A DNA stretch of 64,000 bases from an uncultured Pseudomonadota bacterium (lineage in GTDB: Bacteria; Pseudomonadota; Gammaproteobacteria; Burkholderiales; Rhodocyclaceae), in NCBI GenBank assembly GCA_963840825.1, contig CAWJAK010000004.1, positions 59,906 through 123,905 on the forward strand, given 5' to 3'. Shown one piece after another: positions 12,650 to 25,503 of the stretch. Under the pieces are notes generated by a model. The model saw only the letters and a list, made by a program, of their open reading frames with translations, did not search any database and was not told the DNA's origin. Position 1 is the first letter of the stretch. The number at the start of each line of letters is the position of its first letter. A program made the translations under genes and the position numbers.

Positions 12650-13324
12650 ATGTTTGCCAAAGCGACGTTTGCCTTTCTCGACGAACTGGCCGCCAACAAC
12701 CGGCGTGACTGGTTCGAGGCCAACAAGGCGCGCTACGAGGCGCTGGTGCGTGAACCGGCGCTGGAATTCATCGCGGCGATGGCACCGGAGCTCGCCCGCT
12801 TCGCGCCGCATTTCCGTGCCGATCCGCGCAAGCTCGGCGGCTCGCTGATGCGGGTATACCGCGATACGCGCTTTGCGCGTGACAAGACGCCCTACAAAAC
12901 CAACATCGGCATCCAGTTTCGCCACAGCCTCGGCAAGGACGTGCATGCGCCGGGCTTCTACGTGCATCTCGCCACCGATGAGTGCTTCCTCGCGGTCGGC
13001 TGCTGGCGTCCAGAATCCGACGTTCTCGGCCGGATTCGAGACCTGATTGCGGCCCAGCCGGACCGCTGGTTCGCCGTGCGGGATAACCGGAAACTCCGCG
13101 ATGTCTGGTCGCTCCGCGGCGACAGCCTTTCGCGCCCGCCGCGCGGCTATGCGGCCGACCATCCGGCCATCGAGGACCTTAAGCGCAAGGACTTCATCGG
13201 CTTGGCGTCGCTTTCACGGCAGGAAGCGATTGGGGCCGGTCTGGTCAAACTCGCGGCGAAACGTTTCGCTGCTGCCGCGCCATTCATGGCTTTTCTATGT
13301 GAGGCGATTGGCGTCTCGTATTGA
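12650..13324 (+). CDS. DUF2461 (TIGR02453) family protein
   Basis: NNRRDWFEANK, RVYRDTRFARDKTPYK. Confidence 0.9.
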   Translation: MFAKATFAFLDELAANNRRDWFEANKARYEALVREPALEFIAAMAPELARFAPHFRADPRKLGGSLMRVYRDTRFARDKTPYKTNIGIQFRHSLGKDVHAPGFYVHLATDECFLAVGCWRPESDVLGRIRDLIAAQPDRWFAVRDNRKLRDVWSLRGDSLSRPPRGYAADHPAIEDLKRKDFIGLASLSRQEAIGAGLVKLAAKRFAAAAPFMAFLCEAIGVSY

Positions 13325-13485
13325 TCATCAACTGGCTGCGCATCAGGTGCATTCCATCCCTATGCTCGATACTGCCTGTCAGCCCACCTGACGTGCCATT
13401 TGTTCACAGAGATTCCAGCGTTTCCATGGAGGAAAGCGGCGGCAAGCTTTGCTGCTTGGGCGCGAGATGGAAATGATCGGCCCGC

Positions 13486-14304
13486 TTACCAATAATTTTC
13501 CGTGGCGAAATGGCCCGGTGCAGCGCTGCGGTCCGAACTGAGTCCGCGCGCGACCAGGGCATCCCGCACGTCATCCAGCATCTGGGGGTTGCCACAGACG
13601 AGGATGCGGCTGTCCTCGGGGGAAAGCGGCAGGCCTGCCGCCTGCTCCAGCGCGCCGTTTGCAATCAGGGCCGGCAGGCGGTCCCGCAGCATGCCGGGAA
13701 CCTTCTCTCGCGTTACGATCGGCACAAAGCGCAGGGGAGGATGTGCGGCACCCAGCAGCACATCCTGAGATAACGCAGCCAGTTCGTCGCGATACGCGAG
13801 CTCCCGGGCTTCCCGCACGCTGTAGGCAAGCACGCATTCGCCGTAGCGTTGCCACACTTCGGGATCGCGCAGGATGGAAAGGAAAGGTGCGACACCGGTT
13901 CCGCTGGCCAGCAGCCAAAGATGTCGGCCCCCGATGAAGCGCGCCGTTGTCAGATAGCCGTACGGCAGCTTTTCGACATACAACGTGTCGCCGATCTGCG
14001 CTGCGGCCAAACGGCTGCTGAAGGCGCCGTCGGGTACGAGAATCGAGAAGAATTCCAGGTATTCGTCGTAGGCTGCGCTCGCCATCGAATAGGGCCGCCA
14101 AATGACGCTGCCCGGCAGCCCGCTGCCGCTCGGAATGCCGAGCCGCACCCACTGGCCCGGCGTAAAGCGGAATGCGGGGTGGCGCGTGACGCGCACCGAA
14201 AACAGTTTTTCGGTCCACTGCCGAATTGCCAGGATGCGTTCCGCAGTTGCCTTCTCCAGCGGATCGGGCGGCGCCGTGCGACGAAAAACCGGGCCGGAGC
14301 GCAT
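13486..14304 (-). CDS. fpr: Ferredoxin--NADP+ reductase
   Basis: RPYSMAS, SGTGVAPF, CGNPQM, C-terminal ENYW. Confidence 0.92.
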   Translation of the reverse strand: MRSGPVFRRTAPPDPLEKATAERILAIRQWTEKLFSVRVTRHPAFRFTPGQWVRLGIPSGSGLPGSVIWRPYSMASAAYDEYLEFFSILVPDGAFSSRLAAAQIGDTLYVEKLPYGYLTTARFIGGRHLWLLASGTGVAPFLSILRDPEVWQRYGECVLAYSVREARELAYRDELAALSQDVLLGAAHPPLRFVPIVTREKVPGMLRDRLPALIANGALEQAAGLPLSPEDSRILVCGNPQMLDDVRDALVARGLSSDRSAAPGHFATENYW

Positions 14305-14741
14305 CAGCCGTTAACCCGCAGCAGGTGCTGCAGCTCGCGATGCCCAAGCACAAGATCAGCCAAAGTGTAACGGTCGAGGGTGGCGTAGAACGTGTCGAAG
14401 GCCTCTTCGAGAATGCCGGCGAGGCGACACCCGGGAGCGATGCAACAGGTGCCGGGCGTCTCTCCCATGCATTCGACGATCGGTGCCTCGCCTTCGCAGG
14501 CACGAATTACCGCTCCGAGGCGGATCGTTTCCGGTGCCTGGGCAAGGTGCAACCCCCCCGACTTACCGCGCAGGGTTTCGATCGTGCCGGAGCGACCGAG
14601 CTGGTGCGCGACCTTGGTGAGGTGGTGTCCGGAAATGTCATATACGGCCGCGATCTCGGGGATCGTCGCACGACGCTCCGGCTGAAGCGCGAGATACATC
14701 AGTACGCGCAGGCTGTAATCGGTAAAAGCGGTCAGTCGCAT
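14304..14741 (-). CDS. nsrR: Rrf2-family NO-sensing repressor
   Basis: MRLTAFTDYSLRVLMYL, RGKSGG, EC...CCIAPGC cysteine cluster; adjacent NsrR box and nnrS. Confidence 0.88.
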   Translation of the reverse strand: MRLTAFTDYSLRVLMYLALQPERRATIPEIAAVYDISGHHLTKVAHQLGRSGTIETLRGKSGGLHLAQAPETIRLGAVIRACEGEAPIVECMGETPGTCCIAPGCRLAGILEEAFDTFYATLDRYTLADLVLGHRELQHLLRVNG

Positions 14742-14771
14742 TTGCAAACTTTGCGTCGGAATGGTAATTTT

Positions 14772-14794
14772 AAGCTGTATTTTTTATACATCTT
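14772..14794. promoter_or_regulatory. NsrR operator
   Basis: AAGCTGTAT-TTTTT-ATACATCTT matches the established AAGATGYAT-N5-ATRCATCTT inverted repeat; lies between divergent nsrR and hemerythrin-nnrS. Confidence 0.85.
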
Positions 14795-14861
14795 TTGGCG
14801 ACCCTATGTCTACTCCCTCTGCAGGCCATGCGCAGCGCGATGCAATGCATCGGAGTCTTCG

Positions 14862-15266
14862 ATGAAACGCCGCGCGGCCTTGGTGGCCTTGTCGCGCGAA
14901 CATCACCCGGCGCTCGCGCTCGCGAAACGCATCGCTACGGCAACGAAGGAGCACCAGGTCGAGCTGTGCGCCGGTCTCGGCGCTCTCATTGCCCGCGAAC
15001 TCGAACCGCATTTCGCCACCGAAGAGGCCGACTTGCTGCCGCGTCTTTTGGCAGCCGGCGCCGACCGGCTGGTCACCAGGACAATCGAAGAGCATCGCAT
15101 GCTGCGCGAGCGGGCCGCGTTGGCGGCAGCGGGCGATCTCACCGCGCTGGTCGTCTTCGGCTGCGCCTTGCACGACCATGTGCGCTTCGAGGAACGTGAA
15201 CTCTTTCCGGCGGCGGAAGCCTGTCTCGATCCAGTCTGGCTCGACCGTTGCGGGCCGGATGTGTGA
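14862..15266 (+). CDS. Hemerythrin-domain protein
   Basis: LSREHH..L, HFATEE..L, EEH..L, HVRFEERELFP. Confidence 0.88.
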   Translation: MKRRAALVALSREHHPALALAKRIATATKEHQVELCAGLGALIARELEPHFATEEADLLPRLLAAGADRLVTRTIEEHRMLRERAALAAAGDLTALVVFGCALHDHVRFEERELFPAAEACLDPVWLDRCGPDV

Positions 15267-15279
15267 GGTGAAATTACCA

Positions 15280-16485
15280 ATGATTCCGAAAATATTTTTT
15301 GCCGCCGTTCATCGCGGCATGTTTTTTTGGGGGGCGATACAGTCCGTGCTGGTGATGCTGTTCTGGGCCATCGACCTCGGCGCACGCCGGGCCGGCCTTT
15401 GGATGGCGCCGGAATGGCCTTTGCCGTCGCCTTGGCTGCATGGCCTGTTGCTGCTCTATGGCGTATTCCCCTTCTTCATCTTCGGTTTCATTCTGACTGC
15501 CGGGCCGCGCTGGCAGGGCTACGGGGAAACGCCGCGGAATGTCTTCGTTCCCGCATTCTGGTTGCTTTCGGCTGGCTGGCTGGCGGCTTGGGCTGGCGTG
15601 GTCGCCGCATCGCTGCTGCTTGCACCAGGGCTGGTCATCGTCCTGGCCGGCTGGCTGGTGGTGGTCCGGCACCTCTGGCGCATCGCTGCCTGGCCCAATA
15701 CCGAACGACGCCATATCCGGCTGGCGGCCAGCGTTGTCACGCTCGGTGCGATAGGCCTCGGACTGTTCGCCGCCTATGCCGCGACGCATGAGCCCGTGCT
15801 GGCGCGACTGGCCATCAACCTCGGCTTGTGGGGGTTTGTCGTGCCGATGTTCGTGCTTGTCATCCACCGCATGCTGCCTTTTTTCTCGTCCGGCAGCATT
15901 CCTGATTTTGTCGGCTACCGGCCGTACTGGGCGCTCTGGGGGATTGTCGGTGGCAGCATGGGCCACGGGCTGCTGAGCTTCCTCGACCTGCCGCAATGGG
16001 CTTGGGTCTTCGATCTGCCGGCTGCACTTTGCGCCGGATGGCTGACGCTGAAGTGGCGCTTGCGGGAAAGCTTCGCCGTCACGCTGCTGGCGGTGCTGCA
16101 TGTCGGCTTCGCGTGGTGCAGCGTGTCGTTTGCCCTCTTCGCGCTGCACGGCCTTCTGTTGCTGGCCGGCCACGCCGGTTTTGGGCTGGTGCCATTGCAT
16201 GCGCTGACGCTGGGTTTCATCGCCTCGACGCTGATCGGCATGGCGTCTCGCGTAACCCTGGGCCATTCCGGCCAGCCTCTCGTGGGTGATGCCACCATGT
16301 GGTGCGCTTTCTGGCTCATGCAGGCAGCGGCCGTGCTGCGCATGGCCGGCGACTTTATCCATTTGCCCGGTCCGTTCGACCTGTCCTTTCTTTCATCGCT
16401 ACTGTGGCTGGGCGCCTTTGGCGCCTGGGTGGCAAAATATGCGCCGAAGACTTGGCAGCCACGCTCCGATGGTCAACCCGGTTAA
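15280..16485 (+). CDS. nnrS: NnrS family membrane protein
   Basis: Multi-TM; GFILTAGPRW, RMLPFF, LHALTLG, SRVTLGHSG, PRSDGQPG C-terminus. Confidence 0.92.
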   Translation: MIPKIFFAAVHRGMFFWGAIQSVLVMLFWAIDLGARRAGLWMAPEWPLPSPWLHGLLLLYGVFPFFIFGFILTAGPRWQGYGETPRNVFVPAFWLLSAGWLAAWAGVVAASLLLAPGLVIVLAGWLVVVRHLWRIAAWPNTERRHIRLAASVVTLGAIGLGLFAAYAATHEPVLARLAINLGLWGFVVPMFVLVIHRMLPFFSSGSIPDFVGYRPYWALWGIVGGSMGHGLLSFLDLPQWAWVFDLPAALCAGWLTLKWRLRESFAVTLLAVLHVGFAWCSVSFALFALHGLLLLAGHAGFGLVPLHALTLGFIASTLIGMASRVTLGHSGQPLVGDATMWCAFWLMQAAAVLRMAGDFIHLPGPFDLSFLSSLLWLGAFGAWVAKYAPKTWQPRSDGQPG

Positions 16486-16542
16486 GTAACAGTAGATACT
16501 CCCGAACCGGCTGCTGTGTTACTAATCTGGATGGCCCTACCG

Positions 16543-16565
16543 TGCCGTCCCGCCAGGTCTGACTT

Positions 16566-16566
<1 letters not shown>
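16543..16566 (+). repeat. Dispersed 24-bp motif, copy 5
   Basis: TGCCGTCCCGCCAGGTCTGACTTT(CA); overlaps the dapE stop by one base, between convergent genes. Confidence 0.9.
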
Positions 16567-18881
<2,315 letters not shown>

Positions 18882-18895
18882 CGTGGATCTCCTGG

Positions 18896-19714
18896 TCAGT
18901 CGCGCAACAGTTCGTTGATGCTGGTCTTGGAGCGCGTCTGCGCATCGACCTTCTTGACGATCACCGCGCAGTAGAGGCTGTAGCTGCCGTCCTTGGAGGG
19001 CAGGCTGCCGCTGACGACGACCGAGCCCTCCGGTACGCGGCCGTAGATGACTTCGCCGGTGGCGCGGTCGTAGATCTTGGTGCTCTGGCCGATGAACACG
19101 CCCATCGAGATCACGCAGTTGTCCTCGACGATGACGCCCTCGACGACCTCGGAGCGGGCGCCGACGAAGCAGTTGTCGCCGATGATGGTCGGGTTGGCCT
19201 GCACCGGTTCGAGCACGCCGCCGATGCCGACGCCACCGGAGAGGTGCACGTTTTTGCCGATCTGCGCGCAGGAGCCGACGGTCGCCCAGGTGTCGACCAT
19301 CGTGCCTTCGCCGACGTAGGCGCCGATGTTCACGAAGCTGGGCATCAGCACGACCGAGGGGGCGATGTAGCAACCACGGCGCACGACGGCGCCGGGTACG
19401 ACGCGGAAGCCGCCCTTCTGGAAGTCGTGGGCGTCGTACTGGGCGAACTTGGTCGGCACCTTGTCGAAGTAGCGCAGCGCGCCGCCGTCCATCAACTTGT
19501 TGTCCTCGAGGCGGAAGGAAAGCAGCACGGCCTTCTTGATCCACTGGTGCGTGACCCATTGGCCGTCGATCTTCTCGGCGACACGCAGCTTGCCGGCATC
19601 GAGTTCGGCGAGGATGTGCTCGACCGCCTCGCCGACGCGGGCAGGCGCGGAACCGGGCTTCAGGTTGGCGCGGTCTTCCCAGGCCTGGTCGATGAGGGAT
19701 TGCAGTTCGTGCAT
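18896..19714 (-). CDS. dapD: Tetrahydrodipicolinate N-succinyltransferase
   Basis: [30 protein letters not shown]. Confidence 0.97.
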   Translation of the reverse strand: MHELQSLIDQAWEDRANLKPGSAPARVGEAVEHILAELDAGKLRVAEKIDGQWVTHQWIKKAVLLSFRLEDNKLMDGGALRYFDKVPTKFAQYDAHDFQKGGFRVVPGAVVRRGCYIAPSVVLMPSFVNIGAYVGEGTMVDTWATVGSCAQIGKNVHLSGGVGIGGVLEPVQANPTIIGDNCFVGARSEVVEGVIVEDNCVISMGVFIGQSTKIYDRATGEVIYGRVPEGSVVVSGSLPSKDGSYSLYCAVIVKKVDAQTRSKTSINELLRD

Positions 19715-19747
19715 GGCGGTTTCCTTGTCAATAATGGTTTGCAGCAT

Positions 19748-20950
19748 TCAAAGCGATTTGCAGAAGGCGGCGATGCGCTCGGCCGCCTCGAGGCATTCTT
19801 CCACGCCGGCGACCAGTGCGATGCGGATGAAGTCGCGACCGGGATTGATGCCGGCCGCGTCGCGCGCGAGGAAACTGCCGGGCAGGACGGTCACATTATA
19901 TTGGCGGCGCAGTTCGCGGGTGAATTCAGTGTCCGACAGCCCGGTCGGCGCGACCGAGGCCCAGAAGTAGAAGCCGGCGTCGGGCTTGGCCGTCTTCAGG
20001 TGCTGCGTGATGAGCGGCGTCAGGCGCGTGAACTTCTCGACATATCGATGCCGGTTGTCGCGCACGTGGGTTTCGTCACGCCAGGCCACGGCACTGGCGG
20101 CCTGGATCGGCGGCGACATCGCGCAGCCCTGGTAGGTGCGATAGAGCCAGAACTTCTGCATGATCGTCGCATCGCCGGCGACGAAGCCCGAGCGCATGCC
20201 CGGCACGTTCGAGCGCTTCGACAGGCTGCTGAAAATGATGAGATTCTTGTAATCGTCGCGGCCGAGCTGGCGCGCGGCCTGCATGCCGCCGAGCGGCGGA
20301 TGGGCCTCGTCGAAATAGATTTCCGAATAGCACTCGTCGGCGGCGATGACGAAGTTATGGCGGTCGGACAGCTCGAACAGCAGCTTCCAGTCGTCCAGCG
20401 TCATCACCTTGCCGGTGGGGTTGCCGGGCGAGCAGACATAGACGAGCTGGCAGTCCTGCCAGATTTCCCCCGGCACGCGCTGCCAGTCCATGCGGAAATC
20501 GTCCGCGGGCAGGTTGTTCAGGAAGAAGGGCCGCGCGCCGGCAAGCAGGGCCGCACCTTCATAGATCTGGTAGAAGGGATTCGGCGAGATCACCACGGGC
20601 TTGCCGTGCTTCGGCTCGATCACCGCCTGCGCGATGGCGAACAGCGCCTCGCGCGAACCGGCGACCGGGAGCACCTGTGTGGCAATGTCGGGTGCGGGGA
20701 TACCGTAGCGCCGCGCGATCCACTCGGCGATGGAGCGGCGCAGGTCGTCGCTGCCGTTGGTGGCCGGATAGCTGGCCAGGCCGGTGAGGTTGGCGGTGAG
20801 TACGTCCTTGATGAATTGCGGCGTCGGATGCTGTGGTTCGCCGATATGCAGCTTGATCTCTGAGAGGCCTGCCGGCGGCGTGGTGCCGGCGTAGAGGTCG
20901 CGCAACTTCTCGAAGGGATAGGTCTGGAGTTTGTCGAGATTCGGATTCAT
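19748..20950 (-). CDS. dapC: Succinyldiaminopimelate transaminase
   Basis: YPFEKL, GSREALF, DECYSE, SLSKRSNVPGMRSG; upstream of dapD. Confidence 0.93.
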   Translation of the reverse strand: MNPNLDKLQTYPFEKLRDLYAGTTPPAGLSEIKLHIGEPQHPTPQFIKDVLTANLTGLASYPATNGSDDLRRSIAEWIARRYGIPAPDIATQVLPVAGSREALFAIAQAVIEPKHGKPVVISPNPFYQIYEGAALLAGARPFFLNNLPADDFRMDWQRVPGEIWQDCQLVYVCSPGNPTGKVMTLDDWKLLFELSDRHNFVIAADECYSEIYFDEAHPPLGGMQAARQLGRDDYKNLIIFSSLSKRSNVPGMRSGFVAGDATIMQKFWLYRTYQGCAMSPPIQAASAVAWRDETHVRDNRHRYVEKFTRLTPLITQHLKTAKPDAGFYFWASVAPTGLSDTEFTRELRRQYNVTVLPGSFLARDAAGINPGRDFIRIALVAGVEECLEAAERIAAFCKSL

Positions 20951-21672
20951 GACAGCGTTTGGCGATAGAGCGCGTGGCTTGAATAAGCGAGCCACGGCAG
21001 GGCGAGGGGAAACAAGGGCAGCAGCACGATACTGCCGATGATCAGGCTGGAGATCAAGGCGGCCCAGAGCATGGCCAGCGGGAAATTACCGAAGACAATG
21101 CGTGCGCTGGTCACGACGGCAGGGACCAGGCCGGCGCGCCGCTCGCAGAGGAGGGGCACGGAGAATGCCGAGACACAGAACAGCAGCAGGGCGATGACGA
21201 AACCCGAAACCGCACCCCAGAACAGGAAATTGATGACGCCTGACGAGGCGGGGATCAGGTTCGTCAACCAGACCGGGGCGCTACCGACCATGTAGCTATA
21301 GAGGATGGCCGCGTCGGTCACGAAGATCATGAACAGCAGGGCGCAGACCAGCGCGATGACCCAGACCGTCGGATCGGCCGCGGCAAAGCCACGCACCGCA
21401 TGCCTGAGGCCGACGCGTTCACCTGCTGCGTGTCCCCGGGCAATGCCGAAGAAACCGGCGAGGATGCCCGGGCCGACGAGCATGAAGGCACCGGCGGCCG
21501 CGATGATGAACGGCGTGAAGCCCCGCGACAGCAGTTGCCCGAGAATGACCGCGCCGACCAGCGTGAAGATCAGGGCATAGGCAATGCTCACGCCGCGCGT
21601 GGCATTGGCGATGGCCCAGCCCTCGGCAAGGGCATCGCCAATGCTGCGCAAGCTCAGTGGCTGTGTTTCCAT
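20947..21672 (-). CDS. DUF2189-like integral membrane protein
   Basis: Multiple TM helices, GAFMLVGP, SVPLL, P...YSSHALY. Confidence 0.75.
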   Translation of the reverse strand: METQPLSLRSIGDALAEGWAIANATRGVSIAYALIFTLVGAVILGQLLSRGFTPFIIAAAGAFMLVGPGILAGFFGIARGHAAGERVGLRHAVRGFAAADPTVWVIALVCALLFMIFVTDAAILYSYMVGSAPVWLTNLIPASSGVINFLFWGAVSGFVIALLLFCVSAFSVPLLCERRAGLVPAVVTSARIVFGNFPLAMLWAALISSLIIGSIVLLPLFPLALPWLAYSSHALYRQTLS

Positions 21673-21681
21673 GCGCCCTAT

Positions 21682-22101
21682 TTACCCGCGGGTGTTCGAC
21701 GGGGCTGGAAAATCGTCCAACTTCACTTGCGGCACGGGTTTCCAGCCTTTCTTGCGATGCTCGGCCACGACGTTGGTGAAGATGCCGCCGCGCACGTAGA
21801 AGCGCGCGGTCAGGCGCATGAAGCGCGGCTTGGTCGCCTTGACGAGGTCGTCGAGGATGCGGTTGGTGACGTCCTCGTGGAAGTGGCCCTCGTCGCGAAA
21901 GCTCCAGACGTAGAACTTCAGACTTTTTAGCTCGACACACAGCTTGTCTGGGACGTAATCCAGCGTTAGCACGGCGAAATCCGGCTGGCCGGTCTTGGGA
22001 CACAGGCAGGTGAATTCCGGGATTTCCATGTGAATCCGGTAATCGCGCTGCGGCGCCGGATTGGCGAAGGTTTCGAGTGTCTTGGCGGGCTGGCTGGGCA
22101 T
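21682..22101 (-). CDS. queF: NADPH-dependent preQ0 reductase (short form)
   Basis: [30 protein letters not shown]. Confidence 0.95.
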   Translation of the reverse strand: MPSQPAKTLETFANPAPQRDYRIHMEIPEFTCLCPKTGQPDFAVLTLDYVPDKLCVELKSLKFYVWSFRDEGHFHEDVTNRILDDLVKATKPRFMRLTARFYVRGGIFTNVVAEHRKKGWKPVPQVKLDDFPAPSNTRG

Positions 22102-22270
22102 GATGGCGGGGGTGTCAAAAGCGCAATGTTGATTATAAGTCGCTGCCCGCCTGTGCCGGCGCGGTAACGGTTTCATTATTGTTGCTTTTTTTGTCGATTG
22201 ACGAGAATATGTGCCACCGATGCGGGCTCGCCGTATCAACAAGATAAACAATATCGAGGAGGAAACGACC

Positions 22271-23533
22271 ATGCAGCAGAACATTACGCCCCGCCTGATC
22301 CCGGTTCTCGTCGCCCTGGCCTTTTCCGGCAGCGCCGCGGCGTCGGGATTCCAGTTGCTCGAACAAAATGCCAGCGGGCTCGGCACATCCTATGCGGGTT
22401 CCGCGGCCATTGCCGACAATGCCAGCACGATCTTCTTCAACCCGGCCGGCATGACCAAGCTCCAGGCGCGCGAGTTTTCCGTCGGGATGAATGCCGTCAA
22501 GCCGAGCTTCAAATTTTCCGACAAGGGCAGCGCAATCCTGCCGGCGACAGGCACCGGCTCGGACGACGCGGGTGACTGGGCGCTCATTCCGAACGGTTAT
22601 CTGTCCTGGGGGCTGACCAAGGATCTGTATGTCGGGGTCGGCTTTAGCGCGCCCTTTGGCCTCAAGACGGAATACGACCCGACCTGGGTCGGGCAATTCC
22701 AGGCCATCAAGTTCGACATCAAGACCTACAACATCAATCCCTCGATCGCCTACCGGGTCAACGACAAGGTGTCAGTCGGCTTTGGCGTGAACTGGCAGCG
22801 GATGGAGGCCGAGTATCAGCGTCAGGCAGCCGTGATCAATGCCTTTACGCGCGCTACCCGGGTCGTTCTGGATGCAGATGACGACAGCTGGGGCTGGAAT
22901 GCCGGCGTCCTGTTCGATGTATCGCCCACGACGCGTGTTGGCGTTTCATACCGTTCGAAGATCAAGCACACGCTCGAAGGCACCCTGAAATCGTCGAATC
23001 AGCTGGTTTCGCCCGACGTTTCTGCCAGCGCTGCGGTCGATTTGCCTGATACGCTGATCATCAGCACCGTGCAGAAGCTGAACGACAAGTTGACCATGGT
23101 CGGTGATTTGTCATGGACAGGCTGGAGCAGCGTCGATACCGTACCGATCATCCGGACATCGGGTGCCGCGTCGGGCTCCACGGCCCAGACATTGGATACC
23201 CGGTTCCGCGATACGTGGCGCGTGGCCTTTGGCGGCATCTATCAATACAGCAGCAATCTCGACCTCAAGTTTGGCATTGCCTACGATCAGACGCCGGTGA
23301 AATCCACACAGCTACGCCTCGTCTCCCTGCCAGACAACGACCGGCTGTGGCTCTCGGCCGGTGCCCAGTGGAAATTGTCCAAGGCCGCGCGCTTCGATCT
23401 TGGCGCCGCCTACCTGTATGTGCGCAATACCGATATCGACAACAACCAGGCGGCTCTTGGGCGTGGTCGCGTCACCGGCACTTACGACAGCAGTGTCCTG
23501 ATCCTCGGCGCCCAGTATTCGCAAGCTTTCTGA
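22271..23533 (+). CDS. fadL: Outer membrane long-chain fatty acid transporter
   Basis: Signal peptide, [15 protein letters not shown] motif, LPDNDR, terminal Phe. Confidence 0.92.
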   Translation: MQQNITPRLIPVLVALAFSGSAAASGFQLLEQNASGLGTSYAGSAAIADNASTIFFNPAGMTKLQAREFSVGMNAVKPSFKFSDKGSAILPATGTGSDDAGDWALIPNGYLSWGLTKDLYVGVGFSAPFGLKTEYDPTWVGQFQAIKFDIKTYNINPSIAYRVNDKVSVGFGVNWQRMEAEYQRQAAVINAFTRATRVVLDADDDSWGWNAGVLFDVSPTTRVGVSYRSKIKHTLEGTLKSSNQLVSPDVSASAAVDLPDTLIISTVQKLNDKLTMVGDLSWTGWSSVDTVPIIRTSGAASGSTAQTLDTRFRDTWRVAFGGIYQYSSNLDLKFGIAYDQTPVKSTQLRLVSLPDNDRLWLSAGAQWKLSKAARFDLGAAYLYVRNTDIDNNQAALGRGRVTGTYDSSVLILGAQYSQAF

Positions 23534-23557
23534 TCCGTTCGTTTCAGGCATCAAGCG

Positions 23558-23585
23558 ATCCCCGGCCTGGTCCGGGGATTTTTTT
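23558..23585 (+). terminator. Rho-independent terminator after fadL
   Basis: ATCCCCGG-cctggt-CCGGGGAT followed by a T run. Confidence 0.85.
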
Positions 23586-23596
23586 CGGGGTTGGGC

Positions 23597-24631
23597 ATGA
23601 ATCAGCAATTCGCCAGCGACAACTATGCGGGAACCTGCCCCGCGGCCCTGGAGTATTTCCTGCGGGCCAATGCCAGCGGTCATGAACTGGCCTATGGAGA
23701 CGACAGTTGGACACAGCGGGTGTGCGATGCGCTGCGCGAGCTGTTCCAGACCGACTGCGAGGTGTTCTTCGTCTTCAACGGCACGGCGGCCAATTCGCTG
23801 GCACTGGCCGCGCTGTGCCAGAGTTATCACTCGGTCATCTGCCATGAAGTGGCGCACATCGAGACCGACGAATGCGGCGGGCCCGAGTTCTTCTCCAACG
23901 GTTCCAAGCTGCTGACGGCGCAGGGTGCGCAGGGCAAACTCACGCCGGAGGCGATCGAGACGCTGGTGACGCGCCGCAGCGATGTGCATTATCCCAAGCC
24001 CAAGGTCGTGTCGCTGACGCAGGCCACCGAGGTCGGCACGGTGTATACGGTGGATGAGCTCCGCGCAGTGACAACCGTTGCCCGGCGTTTGGGCCTGAAA
24101 GTGCATATGGACGGTGCGCGCTTCGCCAATGCGGTGGCGGCACTGGATGTGCATCCGGCCGACCTGACCTGGCGCGCAGGCATCGATGTGCTGTGTTTCG
24201 GCGGCACCAAGAACGGCCTGCCGGTGGGTGAGAGCGTGGTGTTTTTCGACAAGGCGCTGGCGGAGGATTTTGCTTACCGCGTCAAGCAGGCGGGCCAACT
24301 CAGCTCCAAGATGCGCTTCATTTCGGCGCCGTGGCTTGGCTTGCTGGAGAACGCCGTCTGGCTCGCCAACGCGCGCCACGCCAACGCCATGGCGCGCCTG
24401 CTGCACTCGCGCATCCGCGACCTGCCCGGCGTCCGCATCCTCTTCCCGGTCGAAGCCAATGCGGTCTTTGCCGAATTGCCCGCCGGCATCGCCGATGCCC
24501 TGCGGGCCCGGGGCTGGCGCTTCTACCATTTCATCGGCGCCGGCGGCTGCCGCTTCATGTGCGCTTGGGATACCCGGCCGGAAACCATCGAAGCACTGGC
24601 CGCCGATCTGGCCAGCCTGACGAGAGCCTGA
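23597..24631 (+). CDS. ltaE: Low-specificity L-threonine aldolase
   Basis: FASDN, NGTAANSL, HMDGARFANA, GGTKNG PLP-lysine. Confidence 0.9.
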   Translation: MNQQFASDNYAGTCPAALEYFLRANASGHELAYGDDSWTQRVCDALRELFQTDCEVFFVFNGTAANSLALAALCQSYHSVICHEVAHIETDECGGPEFFSNGSKLLTAQGAQGKLTPEAIETLVTRRSDVHYPKPKVVSLTQATEVGTVYTVDELRAVTTVARRLGLKVHMDGARFANAVAALDVHPADLTWRAGIDVLCFGGTKNGLPVGESVVFFDKALAEDFAYRVKQAGQLSSKMRFISAPWLGLLENAVWLANARHANAMARLLHSRIRDLPGVRILFPVEANAVFAELPAGIADALRARGWRFYHFIGAGGCRFMCAWDTRPETIEALAADLASLTRA

Positions 24632-24672
24632 ATCCGGCTTGGGCGGTAAGCGGGGCCTGGCGCTGGCTGCCG

Positions 24673-24696
24673 TGCCGTCCCGCCAGCTCTGACTTT
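24673..24696 (+). repeat. Dispersed 24-bp motif, copy 6
   Basis: TGCCGTCCCGCCAGCTCTGACTTT(CA), intergenic. Confidence 0.9.
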
Positions 24697-24736
24697 CAAA
24701 TGAAGGGCTTGCATTCCCCGGTAATTTCTACTAGGA

Positions 24737-24754
24737 TTAAAACGAACGTTTGAA
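24737..24754. promoter_or_regulatory. PsrA-type TetR operator
   Basis: TTAAAACGAACGTTTGAA resembles the PsrA box (AAAC-N4-GTTTG), nested in a longer inverted repeat at 24723-24766, upstream of the TetR gene. Confidence 0.7.
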
Positions 24755-24780
24755 TTAGTAGGAATTGTGGGGGATTGGCA

Positions 24781-25467
24781 ATGGCCGAAGGGCGATCGAC
24801 CGATACTGCCGAGCGGATTCTCGATGCTGCCGAGAAGCTGTTCATGGCGCATGGTTTTGACGGTACGTCGATGCGCATGATCACCGGTGCGGCCGAGGTC
24901 AATCTGGCCGCGGTGAATTATCACTTCGGCAGCAAGGAAACACTGATGCAGGACGTGTTCCGGCGCCGCCTGGCCTGGTTGAACAGCGAACGCCTGCGCG
25001 TGCTGGCGGAGATGGAAGCCGTGGCCGGTTCGGCACCGCTGAAGCCTTCGCAGATCGTCGATGGTTTCTTCGGCACGTTGTTGCGCATGGCGCAGGACGA
25101 TTCGCGCGGCGGCAGGACGTTCCTGCGCCTGCTGGGCCGCACGCTGACCGACCCGGCGGAATTCATCCGCAACTTTCTGGCCAATGAATACGAGGAGGTC
25201 ATCGACCGCTACAAGGTGGCGCTCTTCAAGGCTCTGCCCGAGGTGCCGCGCGCCGAAATCGCCTGGCGGTTCCATTTCATGCTCGGGGCGACTTCCTACG
25301 CCATCGCCGGCACGGATGCGCTGCGGCTGGTGACCGACTGGCAGGTCGAAGACGAAAACGCCGCCGAACGTCTCGACCGTTTGCCGCAACGCCTGATGTC
25401 GTTCTTGCTGGGCGGCCTGCGCGCTCCGCTGCCACAGTTTTCCGACAGCCACGCCGGCGCCATTTAG
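24781..25467 (+). CDS. psrA: TetR-family regulator of fatty acid degradation (PsrA-like)
   Basis: ILDAAEKLF...VNLAAVNYHFGSKE HTH; WRFHFMLG; heads the beta-oxidation cluster. Confidence 0.78.
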   Translation: MAEGRSTDTAERILDAAEKLFMAHGFDGTSMRMITGAAEVNLAAVNYHFGSKETLMQDVFRRRLAWLNSERLRVLAEMEAVAGSAPLKPSQIVDGFFGTLLRMAQDDSRGGRTFLRLLGRTLTDPAEFIRNFLANEYEEVIDRYKVALFKALPEVPRAEIAWRFHFMLGATSYAIAGTDALRLVTDWQVEDENAAERLDRLPQRLMSFLLGGLRAPLPQFSDSHAGAI

Positions 25468-25503
25468 GCACATCGCCGACTGTCCCCACAGGAGGAACCC
25501 GGA

